Source: Candidatus Electryonea clarkiae (GTDB lineage Bacteria > Electryoneota > Electryoneia > Electryoneales > Electryoneaceae). Taken from it: a stretch of 64,000 bases of DNA. Position numbers and translations under genes: made by a program. Within the stretch, counting starts at the first letter, position 1; every line of letters begins with the position of its first letter. The notes beneath the pieces were generated by a model that was not told where the DNA came from, searched no databases, and saw only the letters and a list, made by a program, of their open reading frames with translations. Below, piece after piece: positions 48,594 through 55,677 of this stretch. Where the stretch lies: NCBI GenBank assembly GCA_030765455.1, contig JAVCCM010000101.1, forward strand, positions 28,794 to 92,793, read 5' to 3'.

Positions 48594-51500
48594 ATGATTT
48601 TTGGATTTGTTCTTGCCATATCAAACGTTTCCGCTCAACCTCTCGATGCGAACCATCCGGAGCTTCTCTGGAATACTTTTGAGACAGACCATTTTGTGGT
48701 TCATTATCATGATGGCGCGGAACGAACTGCCAATGTTATTGCAAAAATCGCAGAGGAAATTCATCCGAAAATCACCGGATTGTACGGATATGAACCGGAC
48801 ACGAAGTTCCATTTTATCGTAAAGGATACAGACGACTACGCCAACGGAGCAGCATATTATTACAACAATAAAATGCTTATATGGTGTACCGCACTGGATT
48901 ATGACCTGAGGGGCACGACTAACTGGCTGCGAAATGTTATTACACATGAATACACCCACATCATCCAGCTGGGTGCCGCCAGGAAAGCGCCTCGACCGAT
49001 GCCTGCTTTTTATTTCCAGTGGATCGATTATGAATTTGAGAAGCGGCCTGATGTTTTGTATGGATACCCCAACATTCTCGCCAGTTATCCCATAGCAATG
49101 ACTACAATTCCGATGTGGTTCGCAGAAGGAACAGCACAGGCGAATGTACCGGAGCTTGAATATGATTATTGGGACAGCCACCGGGATATGCAGCTTCGAA
49201 TGCGGGCTTTGAATGATTCCCTGCTCCCTCTGAATGATATGGAAGTTTTCGGTAAAACCAGCCTTGGAAATGAAGGAGTGTATAATCACGGTTTCAGTCT
49301 GGTGCTATATATCACACAGAAATATGGGGCAGATGCCCTGAGTGATATGACACAAGAAATGAAAAAGTTGCATCGCGTTGATTTTAACAAAGCTATTGAA
49401 GCAGCGATTGGAATTGACGGATGGCAGCTTCATGAAGAGTGGGCTTCTTATCTAAAAGACAACTATCTGCAAAAGTCTGAAATAATCAGTGCGAATGAAG
49501 TAACCGGGCGTGATTTCGAATCTGAAGGTTATGCAAACCTTTATCCGAAATGGAGTTCGGATAATGAATACATTTACTACTCCTCTAACAGGGGCAAAGA
49601 CTATTTAACCAGCAGAAGCATCTGGCGAAAATCTTTAGAAACAGGGAAAGCAGAAAAGATTGCCCCGGAAGTAAACAGCCCTTTTGACATTACCGCTGAT
49701 GGCAAATGGATGGTTTATAGCCAGATAGTACGACAAAAGAATGAGAGCTATTACGCAGATATCTACCTCCGTGACCTGGAGAAAGAGAAGCAGATTCGTC
49801 TCACACGGTCTGCCCGTGCGATGGAGCCATCTTTTTCGCCGGACGAAAAAAGTCTTGTGTTTGTGCTGAATAAGGATGGAACAAAAAATATCGCTGCTTT
49901 GGAATTACCTGATAGGGAGGAATGGCGCAAAATTAAACCGGTGACCTCTGACAGCATAACTCATATTACAGATTACCGGGACGGCACTCAATGCTGGAGA
50001 CCGCGTTTCAGCCCGAACGGTGAACAAATAGTGTACTCTATGGGACGTGACATAGGACGCGAAATTGTGCTGATAAATCCTGACGGCAAGAATCGACAGA
50101 TAATTATTGACGGTCCCGGCGACCAGAGAGATCCTGCCTGGTCGTCCGATGGTAATGAAATATATTATGTTTCAGATGAAACAGGTATTTATAATCTATA
50201 TAAATATTCTCTGAATGATGAATCCACCATCGCGCTGTCCAATGTCGTCGGTAGTGCATTTATGCCAAACGTAAGAGAAGATGGCGATATCGTTTATACT
50301 GAATTTACCGGGCGAGGATTCGAGCTTCGTATTCTTGATCCAACAGGGCCGGTCGATAGGTTCAAGATGATTTACGATCAGGATTTTATCGAGAATATTC
50401 CAGAGATTACTTTTGATGACACTGACATTGACACTGCTGAGACGGTAGGATACGAGAATCCATTTGAAAATATCTTTGTAGTACCTCGCCTGGCAATGGA
50501 TTATAACACATTCAAGCCAGGAGTTTATCTCTTTAGCAGCGATGTGCTTGAAAGATTGTTCATGCTTGCAGGATTTTCGATTAACCAAAAAACAGAATTT
50601 GACGCATTTGCATTATTTGATTTCAAAGCTCTGCGCCCAACCATTTTCCTTGAAGGATATTATATCAAACGTACTGACGACGCTCGTTTTGAAGACCCGT
50701 ACGTCATTGTAGATGAAAAGCCGGGACCAGAACCCGTTTTTGATACTTATGGTGTTGATTATTCTTTTCATTTAATAGAGGTTGATGGTGGAGCCCGGTG
50801 GAGGCTTTTCACCCCTGTGAGCCTCGAGGCGCGTGGGGTATGGAGTCGTTACCAGGCATACCTGAATTTTGAGGATCTTAGCTCGATTCATTATACTTAT
50901 TTCATAGGAAGATATTTACAAGCCAGGCTGGACGCTGATTTAACGGTGCCAATGGTAAAAGGAAATGTTCATCCCAGGAAAGGTTGGGCTGGCCAGCTAA
51001 CAGCGGCATATGAGAATAACAAGTTCTTTGACGGTTTCGAAGTGAACCTTGACAAGTTTACCTTGCAGGAAAAGTATATTCCTTATAAATACTGGCGATT
51101 GGAAACCGATGTTACCGGTTGGTGGAATCCGGTTGGAAAATTAGTGTTTCAGCCCCGTTTCAGGGGTGGTTACCTTGATAAACAGGTTGATCCATTTATG
51201 CATCTTTATTCCGGCGGCTTGCATGGAATGCGGGGATACAGTTACTATAGCCTTGGCGGAACAAGAAAAATAATTGGTTCATTGGCATTACGACATCCAA
51301 TATACACTCCCAAGCGTCCAAGGTTTGGCTGGGTTCATTTTGACGGATTATACCTTGGTATTTTTGGTGATGCTGGCGACACATGGCGTGAGAGGGATTT
51401 TGATTTTGATAATGTGATAAGTGATGCGGGTGTGGAACTAAGGGCAAAATTGTTCTCATGGTATGGCTTCCCGACTGCTGTAACTTTTTCGGCAGCAAAA

Positions 51501-51650
51501 GGATTTGATCAATTAACTGTTACAGAAAATAATAATACAACTGTTTATGATCCGGACTGGAGATATTATTTTACCTTACTATTTGATTTTGAAACAATAT
51601 TTCCCTCGAATGATCAAAAAGGTAGAATGACGAACGGGTTTGGAAGATAG
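48594..51650 (+). CDS. Omp85-superfamily outer membrane protein with an unusual periplasmic region: Peptidase_MA-like zinc-binding domain (HExxH...EG) + PD40/TolB-like beta-propeller repeats + C-terminal surface-antigen beta-barrel
   Basis: Signal peptide MIFGFVLAISNVSAQP. NVITHEYTHIIQ...WFAEGTAQ. PD40-like repeats (WSSDNEYIYYSS, FSPDEKSLVF, FSPNGEQIVYS, WSSDGNEIYYVS). C-terminal Bac_surface_Ag-like LYSGGLHGMRGYSYYSLGG...SLALRHP...HFDGLYLGIFGDAGDTW...ISDAGVELR. The listed start 48372 reads through the REP element and is rejected. Confidence 0.7.
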   Translation: MIFGFVLAISNVSAQPLDANHPELLWNTFETDHFVVHYHDGAERTANVIAKIAEEIHPKITGLYGYEPDTKFHFIVKDTDDYANGAAYYYNNKMLIWCTALDYDLRGTTNWLRNVITHEYTHIIQLGAARKAPRPMPAFYFQWIDYEFEKRPDVLYGYPNILASYPIAMTTIPMWFAEGTAQANVPELEYDYWDSHRDMQLRMRALNDSLLPLNDMEVFGKTSLGNEGVYNHGFSLVLYITQKYGADALSDMTQEMKKLHRVDFNKAIEAAIGIDGWQLHEEWASYLKDNYLQKSEIISANEVTGRDFESEGYANLYPKWSSDNEYIYYSSNRGKDYLTSRSIWRKSLETGKAEKIAPEVNSPFDITADGKWMVYSQIVRQKNESYYADIYLRDLEKEKQIRLTRSARAMEPSFSPDEKSLVFVLNKDGTKNIAALELPDREEWRKIKPVTSDSITHITDYRDGTQCWRPRFSPNGEQIVYSMGRDIGREIVLINPDGKNRQIIIDGPGDQRDPAWSSDGNEIYYVSDETGIYNLYKYSLNDESTIALSNVVGSAFMPNVREDGDIVYTEFTGRGFELRILDPTGPVDRFKMIYDQDFIENIPEITFDDTDIDTAETVGYENPFENIFVVPRLAMDYNTFKPGVYLFSSDVLERLFMLAGFSINQKTEFDAFALFDFKALRPTIFLEGYYIKRTDDARFEDPYVIVDEKPGPEPVFDTYGVDYSFHLIEVDGGARWRLFTPVSLEARGVWSRYQAYLNFEDLSSIHYTYFIGRYLQARLDADLTVPMVKGNVHPRKGWAGQLTAAYENNKFFDGFEVNLDKFTLQEKYIPYKYWRLETDVTGWWNPVGKLVFQPRFRGGYLDKQVDPFMHLYSGGLHGMRGYSYYSLGGTRKIIGSLALRHPIYTPKRPRFGWVHFDGLYLGIFGDAGDTWRERDFDFDNVISDAGVELRAKLFSWYGFPTAVTFSAAKGFDQLTVTENNNTTVYDPDWRYYFTLLFDFETIFPSNDQKGRMTNGFGR

Positions 51651-51747
51651 TAGCCCGGACAGCTTGTGTCCGGGAAAGAAAGGTCTTGGATTCTTGATCC
51701 AGAATAATACTTAAAAGAATAATCCCGGACACAAGCTGTCCGGGCTA
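51651..51747. terminator. Compound palindrome directly after the stop codon: TAGCCCGGACAGCTTGTGTCCGGG ... CCCGGACACAAGCTGTCCGGGCTA. Each arm is itself a hairpin CCCGGACA-loop-TGTCCGGG
   Basis: Read directly from the sequence. Belongs to the same CCGGGACA hairpin family as 53814 and 61220. Confidence 0.5.
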
Positions 51748-51809
51748 CAAAAAGATATTTTATAAGCTTCAATTTTTAGTTTGATTTCCGGTTTTACCTG
51801 GAGGTAGAG

Positions 51810-52886
51810 ATGAAAAAGTCGATTTTATTATTAGTGGCGTTCGCCGTTCTGTTCTCATTTGGGACAATTGTTGCAGGGACGGATACTGCAGCGTCTCGAG
51901 AAACGGAAAATACCGGTAATGGTTCTGATGAAAGTTCAATCGTATTTCTGAACAAGGAAACGACTCAGGAAAATATTGCGAATACTGATGCGGGCTATGA
52001 AGAGGAAGCGCATATTAAGTCACCTCTTTTCCCTTCAAAGAAATCCTTCGATCTGCGACAGAAGATGTCTTTTTATTCGCAAACGGATGAAGGATCAGGC
52101 GCTGTGGCTTCAGTTTCGACCGGTGAGAAACGTCTCAATCCGGGTAGAGCTGTGATGATGTCAGCTATAATTCCCGGCGCGGGTGAATTTTTTCTGGGCT
52201 ATAATAAAGAAAAGCCGATGTTATCATATCTGAAATCAGGATTATTCTTCTCAGCCGAAGTCGGTTTCTGGTATGGCGCTATTTCCTATGCCATGCGTGG
52301 GGAAGCAGTAGAGGACGATTACGAAATATACGCTGATGATAAATGGAATGAAGATGTTTACAGGGGATTTGAATATTGGTTGGCGAAAAATTATCCAACA
52401 CCCGACAATATTTATCCTGATGATAAAGCTAAATGGCGCTTGGAAAGATGGGAAGATAAACTGAATTATTTGCCGACCTGGTTCACCCATGAATTACCGG
52501 AAGAAGAAGACCAGCAATACTACGAGATGATAGGTAAATATCTGCAGCAGTTCGGCATTGCATGGGATGGGGCGCATGATAATTGGATTGAATCCGGTGC
52601 CAATGATCCATTTTATCGAGCCTATCTTGTTGATGAAAGACATGTAGATTATGCTAATGCCAAGGCGTTTCATTATGGCGATATGCGATATGAATCCAAT
52701 CAATTGCTGGATGCTTCCGCCGCATTTTTTATGGCTATCATGGTCAACCACGTCATGTCAGCCCTTGACGCCGGTTTTTCTGTGCGTATCCACAATCGTG
52801 AACTGGCGCGAGCAGAAATGGGATTTGATATAAAGCGCCTTAATGGCGAGGAAATAGCCCTCGGAGGTTTGAGAGTTAGATTTTAA
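51810..52886 (+). CDS. Secreted or outer-membrane protein with a DUF5683-like PGxGQ/E motif (358 aa)
   Basis: Signal peptide. AVMMSAIIPGAGEFFLGYNKEK motif. C-terminal ...GGLRVRF ending in Phe, an OMP-like terminus. Confidence 0.6.
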   Translation: MKKSILLLVAFAVLFSFGTIVAGTDTAASRETENTGNGSDESSIVFLNKETTQENIANTDAGYEEEAHIKSPLFPSKKSFDLRQKMSFYSQTDEGSGAVASVSTGEKRLNPGRAVMMSAIIPGAGEFFLGYNKEKPMLSYLKSGLFFSAEVGFWYGAISYAMRGEAVEDDYEIYADDKWNEDVYRGFEYWLAKNYPTPDNIYPDDKAKWRLERWEDKLNYLPTWFTHELPEEEDQQYYEMIGKYLQQFGIAWDGAHDNWIESGANDPFYRAYLVDERHVDYANAKAFHYGDMRYESNQLLDASAAFFMAIMVNHVMSALDAGFSVRIHNRELARAEMGFDIKRLNGEEIALGGLRVRF

Positions 52887-52995
52887 ACAAACTCTTGCTT
52901 TCAATAAATAAATGCCAATGCCTGTTAAACATTTGAATATATACTTGAACAGTACACACACTCAGAGCAATCGAAGTGTCATTCCCGCGAATCCG

Positions 52996-53700
52996 ATGAA
53001 TCATAAAATTAGATTAGCAAATATAGCAGGAAAAATATTCTCTTTCCTGCTGATCTTGATCTTTTTCGTATCGAAGGGCTACAGCCAATCCCTCGATCTG
53101 AATGCTACTTTCTCTTCGAGTGCTGTATCTCATACCGACACTTACCTTGCCAAACGTCCTCAACAGGCTTTCGTCCGCAGTTTAGTTCTACCGGGCTGGG
53201 GTCAGCGTTGGGGTGAAAGACCTTCACGAGGGACATTTTATACCGGGGTTGAAGCAGCATTATGGACAGGATTGTTCTACTCCTTTGAATCTTACAACTC
53301 TCGCACCAACCATTATGAAGCATTCGCCAGGGAACATGCCAGTGTTACAGGGGATCACCCGCATCAGTTCTTCGTAGATATGGGTAATTATGAAAATGTT
53401 GACGTATTTAATGCCAGACGTCGGCAGGTTCGTGATTATATTTCACAATATTCAGGCGATGATGACTGGTGGGAGTGGGATGACATGAGCAATCGTCAAA
53501 AGTTCAAAGATTTACGTATAAGCGCAGACTTGAATAAGAACCGGATGTATTATATCATCGGGGGAATGGCGTTGAACAGGATTGTCTCGGCTATTGATGC
53601 AGCAAGAGGATTGACGAAGGAACAGAAAGAGATGAAGAAAAAAATGGGACTTTCGCTGGGATTTGCTCCGAATTCAATAGGTATATCTTTTAACTGGTAG
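52996..53700 (+). CDS. Paralogous secreted or outer-membrane protein with a PGWGQ motif (234 aa from ATG 52996)
   Basis: Signal peptide MNHKIRLANIAGKIFSFLLILIFFVSKGYSQ. SLVLPGWGQRWGERPSRGTFYTGVEAALW. C-terminal SIGISFNW. The start is abutted by a partial REP arm. Confidence 0.6.
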   Translation: MNHKIRLANIAGKIFSFLLILIFFVSKGYSQSLDLNATFSSSAVSHTDTYLAKRPQQAFVRSLVLPGWGQRWGERPSRGTFYTGVEAALWTGLFYSFESYNSRTNHYEAFAREHASVTGDHPHQFFVDMGNYENVDVFNARRRQVRDYISQYSGDDDWWEWDDMSNRQKFKDLRISADLNKNRMYYIIGGMALNRIVSAIDAARGLTKEQKEMKKKMGLSLGFAPNSIGISFNW

Positions 53701-53739
53701 AGAAATAGACCGGGGAACCATATGCCTGACCTGAAAAAG

Positions 53740-53886
53740 CCAGAACCAATAACTAACTATAGTGATTCTCGAAAATATTGTCCCATATATTTAATTTTGA
53801 TTTCGTTGATAAACCAGGACATCGAGCTGTCCTGGGCACACACAATGAGACATTCTTTTCAAGAGACCAGAACCAATAACTAACTA
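53740..53886. repeat. Perfect 20 bp direct repeats CCAGAACCAATAACTAACTA (53740-53759 and 53867-53886) bracketing a 107 bp segment that contains the hairpin CCAGGACATCGAGCTGTCCTGG (53814-53835)
   Basis: Read directly from the sequence. Confidence 0.5.
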
Positions 53887-53962
53887 ATACACCAATTCAG
53901 ATCAATCGAGTTGTCATTCCCGGGAAGTAGGCTGTCCGAGAATGCAATAATCAGCCAAGAAT

Positions 53963-54039
53963 GTCATTCCTGCGAAGGCAGGAATCCAAGTTTAACAACA
54001 GGTTGCAATCTTGTGGATTCCCGCCTTCGCGGGAATGAC
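53963..54039. repeat. Second full copy of the GTCATTCCTGCGAAGGC(G/A)GGAATCC palindromic element, with an additional partial arm at 53913-53927
   Basis: Arms at 53963-53987 and 54014-54039. The spurious ORF 53911..54132 carries the SRLRGND translation. Confidence 0.75.
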
Positions 54040-54182
54040 AGCCCCCTGAATCAGATGAATCGTAGTACAAGGATGTACAGGATAAACAGAATTATTTCTT
54101 TGCGGCTTTGCGCGAGAAAAATATCTCCTTAACTGTCTCGGTAGATCAATCTGCTATGTCAATCCTGGTTTTCAGTCAGGGA

Positions 54183-54908
54183 TTATTTTATATAAACCGC
54201 TTTCCTCATTTCCACCTGCCCTGCCGTCTCAACTTTTACCAGGTACAATCCACTTGAAAGGTCAGGAGTCATCTTTATACTGAAGTCATGACTGCCGGCG
54301 GAAAAAATACTATTTGCAAAGGATTTTACAGTTCTTCCGTCAGGAGTAATCATCGAAATCATTACATTTCCAGTTGATGGAATGGTAAAATTAATTCTTG
54401 CAGAAGAGTTAAATGGATTTGGATATACATTCGATAATCTGAATTCAGCAGGTGCTGTTGCCTCTGCAGGAACAACATTTTCGCCTTCAGCATTCACAGT
54501 AAACATCAAACTATCAATAACTTCAGGGTCATTTAAGCTTTGAACTACCAACCACAGGATACCAGTCCCGGCAGATCGTATATGATAATCTATCTGCACG
54601 GTATCAGATTCATCAACCGTAAGCGAATCAGGGTACTCACGAACAAAACTGCCGAAACAATAACCATCAGCACACATGGATGTTTCCCATCCTTCAGGCA
54701 CATCTTCATAGCGGAGCATAAGCATAAAAATATCATCGGATGCACCGGTATTTAATAGAAAATTATTGAATCTGCTTGTTGTTTCGTCTTCATAGTCAAA
54801 TGTATTTACAAGATCATCGAGCGGCTCCAGCTCAAAACCTGCCTGGGCAAAAGTTAATGCAGGCAGCAGCAAAACAGCGGACAGTAAATAAAGAAAAAAG
54901 TGCTTCAT
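54183..54908 (-). CDS. Small T9SS cargo protein (signal peptide + about 150 aa domain + T9SS C-terminal sorting domain)
   Basis: C-terminal NVYPNPFNSSARINFTIP...SGLYLVKVETAGQVEMRKAVYIK matches the T9SS type A CTD. Confidence 0.8.
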   Translation of the reverse strand: MKHFFLYLLSAVLLLPALTFAQAGFELEPLDDLVNTFDYEDETTSRFNNFLLNTGASDDIFMLMLRYEDVPEGWETSMCADGYCFGSFVREYPDSLTVDESDTVQIDYHIRSAGTGILWLVVQSLNDPEVIDSLMFTVNAEGENVVPAEATAPAEFRLSNVYPNPFNSSARINFTIPSTGNVMISMITPDGRTVKSFANSIFSAGSHDFSIKMTPDLSSGLYLVKVETAGQVEMRKAVYIK

Positions 54909-55677
54909 CGTCTTTCCTAAGGTTAATCAATTGTTTGCGATAGCTCTAACATTTTCCGGATCTATTGTTCTCCCAGAAAATTCCATTTCATAAAATAGCT
55001 CAATTATTCACTTCAAACAACGATTCTTGGACATGTGAAGTGAGTCATCGGGCAATGAGTTCATTTGGTAGCAGCGGAGGTACAAATTCCCTGTTGTTTT
55101 CACCTGAATAAAATCTGAAACGTTCCTCGAGATTGCAAGATTCTAAAAACAAGCGAGCAACCTCTATAATTGTATTTTTTTACCTTACTTTATCAGTTAT
55201 TGGATTGCAGATATCATAAATATTGTATGGCGTCAGGGAAATTACATAGAGTCAGCGCTCTAATTATGTTTAGTTCAATATGTAAGGTAAACCTAATTTT
55301 GTCATATAGATCGGGGCTTACAGGTCATATCGGTATTTACTTCCATCCATGATTATTATATATTGATGGCGATAGAATCTGGTCTTATTCAGGAGAACTG
55401 AATTAAGATCTTTGCTTGAAAAGTGCTATGTTTCATCATAGTTCAATTTCATAATTTGACGGATGTTTTTAAGCCACATATCCCGAATTGGATCAAAGGA
55501 ATCACTATCCATTCATCCTGCGGTTAAATCAGACGAACGGATGCACTCTTCGGGTTAGCTTTGAGTGACGATCTACCTCGTTAATCCTCTGCTATACCCC
55601 TTTCATCTGTTCGCCGGTTTCGACAGGATCAATTGCACCGGTGATTCATATTCCATGGAAGATAGGAGTTAAACCCC

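Noticed and set aside
53911-54132. 73-aa ORF MSFPGSRLSENAIISQECHSCEGRNPSL...SRLRGNDSPLNQ
   Set aside because: Entirely composed of REP-like palindrome copies. A translation artefact.
55170-55352. 60-aa ORF in the long leader of the molybdoenzyme operon
   Set aside because: No RBS. Composition not protein-like. Lies in a divergent promoter region.
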